This document shows, piece by piece, positions 1 to 11,960 of a stretch of 64,000 bases of DNA. The notes under the pieces are model-generated. The model made no database searches. It saw only the letters and a list, made by a program, of their open reading frames with translations, and had not been told where the DNA came from. This DNA comes from Rhina ancylostomus (taxonomy: Eukaryota). The stretch is from positions 33,749,836-33,813,835 of the forward strand of contig JARFYF010000094.1 of assembly GCA_030265395.1 (NCBI GenBank), in the 5' to 3' direction. How positions within the stretch are numbered: position 1 is the stretch's first letter; every line of letters starts with the position of its first letter. The translations under genes were made by a program, and so were the position numbers.

Positions 1-499
1 GAGTGATCGCTCCCTTCCTGTTTCTGACTTCCACCCATGCTGACTCAGGACATCCTCCCTTTCTACAGCTGTGACACTGTCCCTGATCAGTAAAACCACT
101 CCCTCACCTCTTTTACCTGTGTCCCTGTCCCTTTTGAAATATCTAAACCCCAGAATATCATAATTCAGCTTTCAATGACATTTGAACTGACTCCTCTTGT
201 TCTCAATATGCAAGTTTCATTAATATCTGACTGAACTGACGGAAGGCATACTTTCCAGTAATTTAGCAATAAGAAAAAGTAGGCAAGCCTCCTACAAGAG
301 AATTATACTTCCGAAGAAGCAAAAAAAACCAGCATTTCTAGTGATGGTGGAAAAGAAAAAAAATCAGTAATTGTGGTCTTCCAATCAACCAGCTCAATCA
401 ATGGAATTCATCAACTGTTCAGCAACTGGTTACTATTCCTCACATTACCTTAATGTTCAAAGCCCTTCAAAATGAGCTGCATAGTGGCAGTTTTATCAG

Positions 500-890
500 T
501 GCTGTATCGGGGGATAGTTACAAGATAAGGGAACAGTCGTTCAGGACAGGCATAAGTAGAAACTTCTTCATGCAGAGGATTGTAAATATNNNNNNNNNNN
601 NNNNNNNNNNNNNNNNNNNNNNNNNNNNNNNNNNNNNNNNNNNNNNNNNNNNNNNNNNNNNNNNNNNNNNNNNNNNNNNNNNNNNNNNNGTAAATATTTG
701 GAATCTCATCTGCAGAGGGTTGTGAATTAAATTCAAAGCTGAGACTTTTGAACTCTACAGGAACCAGAGAGTATGGGCATCAGCCAGGAAAATACACTTG
801 ATGCCCAGGATCTGATCTAAAGTTGAATGTTACAACAGGCTTGAAGAGCTATATGGTCTACTTCTGCCTCTATTATTTTTATATTCTTTG
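500..890 (+). mobile_element. CR1/HER1-like LINE 3' fragment (spans a 100-N gap)
   Basis: Translation GDSYKIREQSFRTGISRNFFMQRIVN..WN resembles the CR1 ORF2 C-terminus (GHSLKIRGxxFRTEMRRNFFTQRVVNLWN). A typical 3'-UTR-like tail follows. Confidence 0.75.
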
Positions 891-1119
891 TTTAATGGAT
901 ATTAATATGCTTTGATTTTGTCTGCAAATTGTGACTGCTCATTTTTAACACTACTTGCATCAAACTGGTCAGCAGGTCAGCATTACTTGTATTTTTTGAA
1001 GTATGCAGAGTATGCAAAATACTTCTTATGTAATACTGATTTAACACCAGTATTAAGTTAAGATGCAAGAATCTAGTTAATGCCATGTTTTAATCACACA
1101 AAAATAATCTGACATCCAG

Positions 1120-1850
1120 CACAAGAGGAGCTCCTTGCACTGTTCAAAGGGATCCTCAGTGATTTGCTGATTTGTGATCAATGATTGGAAGGAGGGTTGT
1201 TTGCAACCATTTGGTGGAGCTTCACTGTTGAATAGTACTGGATTTTCAGAAGTCATGAGGGAGTGCTATGGTTCAAGGTAGAGTTTTATTTGTGCCCACA
1301 CCAGTACCCCGCAAACATGGAAGCTAGTTGCCAGTAAGCTTTTGGCATGATAGGGGAAGAGGAGAAGGTGATGGCCTGGAGAGCACAGCAGCATGCCAGA
1401 AGGGAGGAGTTGAAGAAGATGACAGCCTGTAACCAGGAGGCCCTAACCACAACAGGTTTTCCAGGAGCACTTCTCCTGCATTACCTCAACAGAGACGCCA
1501 TGCTTAAGGAGACCCTACTTCTCCAAGGAGGTCCTTAAAGAAATCTGCGATGCACTGCAGCCATACCTCTAACTGCACAATATGGCCAGAACTGTCTTAC
1601 TAGTTGCAATAAAAGCAACAATGGTGATAATTTTCTATGGCTCTTGATGTTTCTGAGTTGGGAACCAATGCAGTGCATGACTACATGGGGAGAGTTACAG
1701 AAACTCTCTGCTCCAGGAAAGCTAAGTTCAGCTCTTTTCTTTGGGTACAATTCACCAGGCCAAATTGGCACAGGAATTTTCCATCACAGCCAGGCACCCT
1801 CCCTACAGTGCAGAATCAACTTCAAAAGGTTGTTGCAGAGATGTGTATGA
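1120..1850 (+). mobile_element. PIF/Harbinger transposase fossil, N-terminal part (stops and frameshifts)
   Basis: Manual translation gives FQEHFSCITSTETPCLRRPYFSKEVLKEICDALQPYL*LHNMARTVLLVAIKATMVIIFYGS, then AVHDYMGRVTETLCSRKAKFSSF and TLPTVQ. These match the Harbinger/HARBI1-family N-terminus (CLRRLRFxKEVxxEICxxL..RTALPVAVKVTxALNFYASG..AVHxxIREVTxAL..GFPxVQG). Confidence 0.75.
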
Positions 1851-2449
1851 GAATGACAAAATTCCAGAAAAGTAACATTTACTTTTATTAGTGGCAGTAA
1901 TTTGCAAAAGGCTGTTCAGCATATTTGTTTCTGGGAGAAACAACATCTTAAGCCACAGTAACAATTCTTACATATTTTTAAAACATTTAGTCAAGTCATT
2001 AAATCATATCCACAGAGGGTTTCACCTTAGTAACTGCTGTTGTGTTTTCAATATATACATCACTTAATGCAATGCAGTTCACTGCACCAATCAACCGACA
2101 TAATTGGTTTGGTCTGTGGTGTCTGCTGCAGAGACAGGTGGGACTAGGGTCTGTGGTTGAATGGGCAGATGACAAGCCCCTAACAGGGTTCAAGAAGGAG
2201 ACCATTGACCACTGAGAGGGAAACCTGATAAACTGGGAGTAGGAGCAGATTGAATAATCTAAAATACAGAATTCCAAAAAATGTCACAATTTAGGTAGGA
2301 GCTGAACAATGGCAGAATTCACATTGGCACAGTAAATCACTGCTCTATCTCAGCAAAGAGTTGTTTAGAAACTAAAAGAGATATCACTGCCTCAGTGTGT
2401 AGCTGATCCTTAAAAATAGCTGGAAGTTAATACTAGTAAACAACTAAAA

Positions 2450-2770
2450 CCTAGAAATCAGCCATGACGACTTTATCAGGTGAAAATCCACTAAGCCATT
2501 ATTTTTTGGCCACCATATCAATCCAAACTCTGTCTACTTAGGGGTAAGGGACATCTACACAACACTTGACTCAAAACAATCACTGAAGAAGGAAACTCAG
2601 ATATAATGAGAACTATTCTGCCACCAGCATGGTGATGAACATACAATTGCTTCCTTAAGCAATGCTTCCATTGCCAAATCCACTTGGGAAATGTTATGCA
2701 ATAGAATGCAGAAAGGTGTCCCACCAGACATGATAGCTTGCTGCATTCTCAACAACCTACCAGTTACGTC
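2450..2770 (+). mobile_element. PIF/Harbinger transposase fossil, C-terminal DDE part
   Basis: The motifs SHDDFIR*KS, CLLRGKGHLHNT*LKT, RYNENYSATS, EHTI, LKQCFHC and MIACCILNNL occur in that order. They correspond to Harbinger SHDAFIL, WLLGDKGYPLxxWLMTP, RYNxxHxxTR, IExTIG, LKxRFRCL and VVCCMLHNL. Confidence 0.8.
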
Positions 2771-4899
2771 GATTCAGCCCTTGCCAACTGTTTGTGAGCA
2801 AGAGGTGATGGGGTTTGTGAGCAAGAGGTCCGGGCAGACAGATGGCACCGTGATTTAAATGAAGAGAAGCCAGAATGGAATTGCTATTCTTCAATAAAAC
2901 AACAGTCCAGCCCTACAAGTTTGAAGACCTAGAAGCATTCAGACCAGCATTTGTTACCCAACCTGAAAAATGAAAAAGTAAGATAAAATGTCCATGTTTT
3001 AAGGGTGTAACTCAAATGTGATTTCCTCTCAGTACTGCTTGACTATGGATTTGGAGATTTCCTGAATGTCTAGGGGTCAAGAAGGTTTTCCTCTCTCCTT
3101 GTAGATGAAGGCAAAAAGATTTTTATCATACAATCAGATGGTAATCTTTTCTGTGGTAATTATTGAATCCAGCAAGCTGCCAAAACATATAGAAAGACTT
3201 CTACCACTGAGCTCTGTCCAAAAAGCAAGTTCCCTTTAGAAGACAGGTGCTAGCCTCTCCTGAAATTGGGCTCTGCGTATGTTCTTTAAGGCAAACAACG
3301 GCATGAAAAGTGGTGACTGGATGTGAAAGTCATGTTAAATGAGATTTGAAAATAACTGTATGAGCATCATGCTTAAACAGGCACTGGTCAATCGAGTATC
3401 ATAATCCCAATGCACATTTTTCAGTGCTATCAAATTTATTCCCCCCCCCAAAGATTATGCTCCCCTCTCAGTTAGAATTTCAGTACACTGTGCATGGATT
3501 TATTCTTCACTCTCTCTTGAAAGAGAAGGTGGCACACAATCAGTGCCAATAGCAGAAGCTCCAGTGAATCAAATACGGGTCCAGCAACTAATGGATCTGA
3601 CCATTATGGGATTGACCCCCACAAAGTATGTAGGGTGCGGCAGTGCAGGAATTACTGAAGATAATGATACGCAATTACAAAAATTATTATTTCACAGCAC
3701 CCAGGCGGTACCAATGAGTTAAATATCTTCGACACTTAGTTCACAATTTAATCTCATCCTCTTTAATGGATGTCCGTGGCTGGGCTTGGTCTCACAAATT
3801 ACAAGCACTTTCCTGCAGCTGACCCCTAAGTCCACTCTTCGATGTGTGAGACTACATAAAATCAGCAAGCTATTCATCCATGAAGCATAAAGTCTACCAT
3901 ATATCCACATACATACATGCACCCATACATACACTTTCCCTTAGGAATCGTCATCTATTGTTTAGGTGTGGGAACCATGGTTGATTTCTTTCTGTTCCAC
4001 TAATCTAGATAACATTGTGGTGTTCTCTCATAACCTTACAGCCTCCAACTGAGATAAGCTGATAGGGAACTGAAAACTGTGAGTATTGTGGTTTCAAGGA
4101 TTACTTGTGTCATGTAAGACACCATGCTGGAATTTCATTTGGGACGAAATTACTTCATAAAGCATATTGTAAATTCAGAGCCTACTTCCTTCTGGGTTGA
4201 AAACCTCATGGTTAGCATTTTTTTTATAAGCACGTCATTATGTTACTCAGTCATGGTAAAATATAAACAAATTTATCTTTGATTTTGAAATATGCTTTAT
4301 TATAAATTTGCTGTGGACTAGAACACAGCTGTCACGTCAAATGTACCAACTAAAAACAAATACAGTGCAATATGAATGGTGCTACTGTTTATCTTTGCCC
4401 CTCCCTGATGCCATATTTTGTTCGGTAACGCACTATGTCAAATGGGGGGAGCTGCAAGGTACAAAACAGTAAACCCTGAGACTTGTATACAGCAAAATTA
4501 CTTTGTCAAGTCATATAATAAAAGAAAATACTGTTCTGATCTCCAATTACAAGTAAGTAGCATTAAAGCCAATGTGTAATTCTACATTGTACTCAATAGA
4601 AATTAAAATCATTTTTCATCACTAACATTTTGCATCACTAACATTCAATAATGATTATAGTCACATTCTTGTCAGTCTCTTGCAGTTTTATCCACAAAAA
4701 TATTGGCCATATAATTAGAAAATAAATTCAGAGAAACTTCAGATTAATTTTTCCTCTTTTGTCCATTTCTCTCCTAGAGGCATTGGTTCTTGTTGGATTA
4801 TTACAGGCAATGCCAGCCCTTGATTTACAGTAAGTAAAAGACAAAAACTGGAGTTGAGAGTTTATAAGTGCAGTTTTAACTGACTTGGCAGCAAATATT

Positions 4900-5210
4900 T
4901 CTAGGGAGGAAAGTTGTACCAAGTGGAGTTCAAAGGAAAAAGGGGCACACATGTGGTAAAGCTCAAAACTGAGTGGTTGTGGACAGCTTTGTGGGAATAT
5001 GGGATGGTAAATTTGAATGGGTGGGCATATTTGTTCAATAGTTGTGTATTTACATCATGGGAGAGATGAAGGGAGAGCAGATGGGAAATCAATTCAGAAG
5101 GGAGCGGGCAAGGGAGCTGAGATGGAGATTGAAACCATTGAAGGTGAGAACCCATTCAATGCAGGGAAAGAAGCATAGAGGGTGAATCGCAGTGTGGGTT
5201 CGGGAAAGGA
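4900..5210 (-). mobile_element. L2-clade LINE, apurinic-endonuclease-domain fragment
   Basis: ORF 4901-5155 (PCPLPSELISHLLSLHLSHDVN..HPFKFTI..KAVHNHSVLS) and the adjacent-frame GFNLHL resemble L2 APE motifs (GDFNLHL..PCxLSSEF..LNLSLHVN..GHPLDL..AISDH). Confidence 0.6.
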
Positions 5211-6061
5211 TAGTGACAATTTTAAAGGAGATGAAACATATTGAGATGACTGATAAAGCAACAGATGCAAGGGCAACATGGACATACCATCACTATTACA
5301 ATTTGGACAGGGCACATAATGGAAAGTATAGTAAAGCACTACAAAGTAAATAGTTCTGGCAACTTTCAGTTAAAACCAGGATAGACTGTGGATAACACGG
5401 GCATTGTTTAAGAGTAAATCAGATTTCATTTTTCTGACATGGTGTTCCTGGATTTTTATTGATGTTCAAGTTTTGTGGTTCTGTCCATTCTTTTGTTCGC
5501 CATTGTACTCTAATCATTATTCTTTCACACAGTTATAATAGCAAGAATACAAAGCAAGAACACATGCAGCTGTAATCAAACAGTGCTGGGTATGAAATGC
5601 TAAATATACCAGAATACTCCTACGCCTTGGTAGCATGAGGACTTTTGTAGTTCTGGGGACTGATAGAAACAGCCAGGGTCCCAAGAATGTAGCAACACTC
5701 TGGTAGAACTGTAGAAGTCAGGCCATACAGGAGGATATTATGAAGTGCCATTACTATAGAGGAGAATGTGGGTTCCTGGAATGATTACAATCTCCATCTC
5801 AACTCCTTTGCTCTCTACACTCTAAATTAATTTCCCATCAGCTCTCTTTTAACCTCCCCCTCCATATAACTGGACTGTTAGAATTTCAGAATCCTGGTGT
5901 CTATAACTAGTGTGGCAGCAGACAAGAACCTAACAATCAAACCCCTGGCTTAGCTAGTGGTATCCCAAGCCCAGCAGCAAATTCATCAATAAAAAACAAA
6001 TGCATTTTGTCCTTGACTAAAAGTGTAGCATTTTATCATTAGATCAGTTAAAGTTACTGAC

Positions 6062-6206
6062 ATATCCTGGGAAATCATGCATTGTACTTAGTCCCAACTA
6101 CGGAATTTGTCTCCATCTAACAGTCCCCGTTCCAGGATGTGTCCGCAATGTGAAAATAGGGGTGGTGTGATGACTTGCAAGCATTTGAGAAAGCTGAGGA
6201 AACTTT
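6062..6206 (-). other. Candidate non-coding exon of the minus-strand gene
   Basis: The minus-strand acceptor is gtattctgttttaatgcatttcAG| (AG at 6208-6207). The donor |GTcagt at 6061 is weak. No recognisable protein is encoded. Confidence 0.25.
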
Positions 6207-8059
6207 CTGAAATGCATTAAAACAGAATACAAAGGTAAACAAGAATATGTTATTCTGACCTTTACAATTTACTTATTTTACTTAATTGCAGTTGAGAAAG
6301 AAATAATGGACAATTTTAAAATGTTTAAGTCATTCAGTTGGTTCATTTAACACCCTCCTAATGGATATTTGCAAAGTTACAAAATAGTTCAGAAATGTTG
6401 ACACATAATTTCAATATTAGATGTTGACATATAAAAGCATTGCACAAAACCATCATATAGGAAGGAAGCCTTGTGGACAGAAAGTGCGGCATTATATGCA
6501 AATTATTAATGTTGAAATAGTTAACGGAGCGAGTATAACTCAGAAATAACTATAGATAATATTAGTGGACAGATGTTTAAAATATTAGAATGACATATAT
6601 CTCTCCACCATTTAGAGGAAGTGTTCATTTATTTACGTTAGATGGGTTAAGGCCTCTATTAAAATTGCAGAGACAGAAATGTCATACAGATGCATCAAAT
6701 ATGTTTACAGTAATATTGCCAAGAGTAGCACTAGCGGACAGAGGAACAGCATGAAAATATGTTAAGCCAAACCACTAACTGTAATTTATAGGCTTACATG
6801 ACTGCAATGCCTTGATCCCTTCACAAAAAAATCCAAATGCCTTTCAAATCAAACCAATCATCTCAAAATACAATTTGATGCTGTAATTACACAAAATACA
6901 CTACAGGAAAATGTGTGATCTTTCACAGTCAGCTTCGCCCATTTGAAAATTAACACTAGTTGATATTGAAACCTAAAATTATTGGTGGAAATATTCTGAA
7001 ATAAACAAAAATGGTTTTTGACCAATTAATTCCATAACAAAAATCATTTAATTTTACATTATAGTGAAAATATCAGTAATCTAACCATAAGTGGAAAATG
7101 ACACCAACAGGAAATAAACTGCTATGCACATTAAAGCCAAAATGATTGCATCAAAGATGATTTTTAAAGGATTCCATAAAAACGCAACTTGATAACTGCA
7201 TCATGTGTTTCAGCTACTGTAGGACTGTGACAGTACAAGTGATTTAAAATTGCTATGTCCTTGACTGAGCTGAAAAATGTGAAAGAAAACTGAGTTTGTC
7301 AGATTTGACTTAATCAAACCTATGCAATTCTGACTGCTCATAAAAGATTCTACATACCATCAATAGCTTAGTATATTCTATTAAACAATAATCTTATATG
7401 GTGTGACTTTTCTACATTTAACATACATCTGAGACAGCTGAATACTGCTGTTACTTTTATCTTTTTGCTTGGGGAATTACTCCTTTGAACATTCCACAGG
7501 TACCATTATTTATCCCTTAAATAACCTACAAGAAACAGGATGGCACCTTACATTTATCTATTTGTCAGGTTGTCCAGTTGTGACAGTCTTTGTCCGAATA
7601 TGTTCTTGCAAGGTCATTGCAATGAACCATGGTAGATCAAATTCAAAAGTAATATTGGTGAGTGGCAAGAAAGGGATCAGAAATAGTCTTCAATATGAAA
7701 TACAGCTTGTTTTAAGATAACTTCACAGGAATTTTCAACAATACATTGACATCTTTCACTGACATAAAAGTTTGCATCATTAAGTTTCAAATTGACTCAT
7801 AGTTTGAAGTTTTATGACCTCAACTTCAACAACTAAAATGCTTTATTAGCTCCTGCAATATGATGCTGTTTTGGAAAAATTGTGTTTTTTTTACTGGTTT
7901 TGTAAAACTATATTCAGTATGTAAGGTAGCCTAACCTCATTCAATGCAATCTTCTTTAAAGCAATGAAACCTGCAAGGAAACTTTAATATTTGCCATTGT
8001 GTGAACTGTGTATGTAGGGAAATTTACTAGGTGACCCCTTATTTACAAATAGTTGCTCT

Positions 8060-8450
8060 TAGTTCTCCCACTATGACAAAAATCGTTTCCACATCCACCT
8101 TGCCAAGATCATGCCTCCACCCCAAATTTTATGCTTCAGTCAAGCTGTCTCTCACTCTTCTAAACTCCAGCAGGTTTCATCTTGAGACAACTCACCCATT
8201 CCAGGTATTAGTCCAGAAAATCTTCCCTGAATTTTTCCAATGCATTAAAATCCTTCCTGTACCAATGCTGTACATGGCCTATTTTTGTATTCAATTCCCC
8301 TTGCAATAAATAATAATTGTTAGCTTTCTTAATTATCTACATACTAGCCTTTGTGAATCACCCAGACCCCTCTGCATCTCAAAGCTCTACAATCATAGAT
8401 GATTCAGGTATTAAGCTTTGTTCTTATTTTATCTGCTAAAACAGACAATC
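8060..8450 (-). mobile_element. CR1/HER1-like LINE fragment
   Basis: Reverse-strand CR1 ORF2 3' sequence (tctcactcttctaaactccag, tccaatgcattaaaatccttcct, acccagacccctctgcatctc). Confidence 0.6.
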
Positions 8451-9394
8451 ACAGTTACACAATGTACATATAAAGTAAAAAGTCATTCTCGCCATATTTA
8501 ATGCAAGGAAAATGGCCAGCACAGTTTATACACAATGTCTTATTAGAGTTATAGATTTTTGATATCAGACCAAGGTACCATAATAAGGGTTAATTTCAGA
8601 CCTATTTTCAGAGCTGATCAAACTAACTTCTGTTTCAAAGCTTCGATGAACAAATCCAGGTTCCCCAAAAGAGTACTCTTTCAGTGAAAAAAAAAGTTGC
8701 TGCAACTGTTTGTTCAGACTGCTTCAAACGAATACAAAATCCACAAATCTACAGCCTATTAAAATCTTTTTCTCAGCTGTACTGAGAAAGTTCAATACTG
8801 TAATAGTAATGAATATCTTACTCCAATGAAAAATAGTTGGTGTTTTTCACAGATACTACCCGAGCCGACCAGTGAAATTACTCAATAAAAACAGATGTTT
8901 ATAAAGTTTCACAATCAAACTTACTTCAGAAATAACTACCAGATTATAATTTCAGAGTTCCTTTTTAAATGTTAACAGTTACAGGATCATCAGAAATTTC
9001 TAGTTCCAATGCTAAAAATGTATTCAAATAGAGTATTTATCTAATACTAGTGAGAGACCAATATATCTGCCTTTTTTAACAATAAAGCCTTCTTTAAAAA
9101 AAGTTTCATTTGAGAATTATTTTCCTGAAAGATCTTTTATACGAAAAATCACTCTTACAAAATAGTTCAAAAACAATGCTTTTATTTATAAAAACTCTAT
9201 TTAAATTATTGTTTATATATAACTAAATTGTAATACAGTATCTTCCAAACTGCAAGCAAAGAACTCCTGATTTGGTTTTCATTTTTGTTCTCTAAATATT
9301 GGTAACTTTACCAAAACAGCATTTACTGCCCATCCTATGGTTGTCCACAGAGATTAATAGTCAACCAACTAGGGAACTGGATTTCCATGTTTAT

Positions 9395-10390
9395 TTATTT
9401 CTTTTTCAGGATCAGTGTGTCACTGGCAATACCACCACCTCTAACAGCACTAGAGAAGGTGGTGGTAAGCCATCTTCTGGAACCACTGCACTCCTTCTGG
9501 TAAATGTACTCTCACAATTCTGTTTGGGAGGGAGTTCCAGAACCTGGATCCTATGATAATATGATATAATTTACAAGACAGTAGCAAATGGAACTGAAAA
9601 TGGTATAATTATCAGGGAACATTCCCAGTTCTGACACTATTATGGAAATGGGTCAATGGTGAAGCAGCTGACGAACTCTTGCAGCCATGTCCTGGCACTG
9701 GGATTATCAGCCTCCAACAACCAAAACCATCATTCTTTATGTGATATATGACTCCAGTCACTGGAGGTTCTCCCCTTGATGTACATTTACTTCAGTTTTT
9801 TCCAGGGCTCCTTGATGCAACACTTTCTTGATGTCAAGGGTAGTCACTCTCACCTCACCACTAGAACTCAGTTCTTTGGACCAAGACTGTGATGAGATCT
9901 GGAGCTCAGTGTTCTTGGCAAAACCCAAATGGTAAGCAGAATATTAGTGAGTATGTGATGCTTGACTGTACTGTCAATGACACTTTGCTGATGATTGAGA
10001 GTAGCTGGATTGGACTTGTCCAGTTGTTCGTGAACAGGAGATACTTGGGCAATTTTCCATGTTGTCAAGCAGCTGCCAGTATTGTAACTGTAATGGAATA
10101 GCTTGGCTAAACGCACAGCTAGCAATGGAGCATAGGTCCTTCAGAAAAGCATATCTGATGCTCTCAGCCATCTCTTGATATCTTATGGATGGAATCAAAT
10201 TGGCCGAAGACTGGCTTTTGTGATGGTGAGGATCTCAAGAAGAAGCCCACATGGAACAGCTACTTATCATTTCTAACTGATCATGATTGTGATGAGCACC
10301 CTGCACCCGTCCCACCCCCATACACACCTGACCATCACTGAGGATTGGGATGTTCTTCTCCCACTTGTTACTTAATGGTCCACCACCATT
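9395..10390 (-). mobile_element. CR1-group LINE with decayed reverse-transcriptase domain, internally deleted
   Basis: ORF 9868-10125 LAVRLAKLFHYSYNTGSCLTTWKIAQVSPVHEQLDKSNPA matches the non-LTR RT N-terminal motif (LAKLFQxSYNTGxxPxxWKIAQVCPVHKKQDKSNPANYRP). Confidence 0.8.
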
Positions 10391-10554
10391 CATGTCAACA
10401 GAGCTTCAATTCCATCCTTCAAGAAATAATTGTTGTTTTCTCTATGGCCTTGTCAACTTGTCACACAAGTTTAATTGGAATATTCATACTCTAAGATCAT
10501 ATTGTTTTTCTCCCCCACTTGAGCTTGCATCTTCATACGTAATAAGAGACCTCT

Positions 10555-11035
10555 TTATTTTTCCTTCCAAAATGTACGACCTTGCATGGATCTGTACTGA
10601 AACTCAGATGCCAATTATTTTTCCATGCTATACACTTTTGTCCTCTTGTAATTTGATGCAGCCCTCATTATTTATTATTCTCCCCAATTTGATATCATAT
10701 GTAAATTAAGAAATTGGGTTCTCGGTTCCAAAATCTAAACTGTTAATATAAATTATGAACAGTAGCAATCCTAGCAGTGATTCTTGTGGGTCACCATTAC
10801 CCACCATCAGAAGCTACCCTTTACTTTCATTCTCTGCTTTCTATTGTGAAGGAAGCTAGCAACCTATTCTGCTCCCTCTCCCTGACTCTGCATTTTCTGA
10901 TCTAATTCATTAGTCTATTATGGGGTATCTTATCAAAGACATTGAAAATTTAGATAAATTACATCTACTGTACTATCATTGTCTACTTTGATTAACTCTT
11001 CAAAAAAATCAAGGTTTGTCAAGCAAAACATCTGG
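10555..11035 (-). mobile_element. CR1 LINE RT-domain fragment
   Basis: The end of ORF 10933-11250, CLTNLDFFEELIKVDNDSTVDVIYLNFQ, matches the CR1 motif SCLTNLxEFFEEVTxxVDxGxAVDVxYxDFQKAFDKVPH. Downstream sequence resembles the GVPQGSVLGP and ADD regions. Confidence 0.8.
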
Positions 11036-11829
11036 GTTCTGTATTCTCTCTTGAATATTTTGTCCCACAAAACATACAAAGTCCCCTGAAAGAAAAAAAA
11101 ATTCCTCTCCTCTAAACACTGCAGTAAAACAAAAGAATATTTTTTATTAATTCTTCTTCTGGGGAAACCCTGATCTTTCTTTCCCAGAAGATTCAAGAAG
11201 AACAAGAGCAGGAATAAAGAGAAACAAGAGACTGCTGACTCTGGAATCAAGACATTAAGACAGCTGGCTACCTTAATGTCTTGGTGATTAATTACATCTT
11301 GTAATATACAACCTATTCCTGGTCATGAAGATCCAAGATTTAATATATTTCCTCTGAAGAATTTGCAATCTTAGACATAGAACCAAAATATTAATATTGT
11401 TATCATCTCCCAAAGCTGCAGGAGGAAGTGGATGGCAGAGCTATGCACCTTTCAACTGACTTATGGTGATCTGCTGGAGAGAGAGCATCTAGTGTGAATC
11501 ATTTAGGACTAGGGCCACTGATTTACACTGATGGAGTCTAAGGCAGCTTCTAATGCATGAAATTCCAAGATATTGAGCAGCACTTTGGGATCACATTCTG
11601 AAAGTACATCTGTTTTTAATTAGGCATGGTGGTTTACGGTGACCAAATAAGTCAAATTCTATTTTTATTGCACGGGATTCCAAAATTGAGAGTCTGGGAT
11701 TTTTGCCAATGTTCTGGGGTTTGACTTTCATAATTCCATCCATTTTTCCGTGAAATTTACAAAGCCATGGCCTTAGTTAAGATTTTCTTGTGATTGTTGC
11801 TGTAGCTGAATAGCCTATTGACAACCACT

Positions 11830-11960
11830 ATTTTCTTCTTCTTTGGCAGTCGCTCAGGGTTGAGGATGACTTATTTCCATGCTGGTAGGAGAGGAGAAAG
11901 GTTTGCTGTGTGATTTCTTTTAACACGGGATAGCAGTTGCAAACCAGCTACCATACTCAC
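11830..11960 (-). mobile_element. RTE-clade LINE 3' end
   Basis: The minus strand reads ggaaataagtcatcctcaaccctgagcgactgccaaagaagaagaaaa, a typical RTE 3' terminus with an (AAG)n tail. Confidence 0.55.

Noticed and set aside
2790-2829. Short tandem duplications (gtttgtgagcaagaggt twice; similar ones at ~11969 and ~43780)
   Set aside because: These are ordinary slippage or repair duplications. With only two copies and no spacer array, they are not CRISPR-like.
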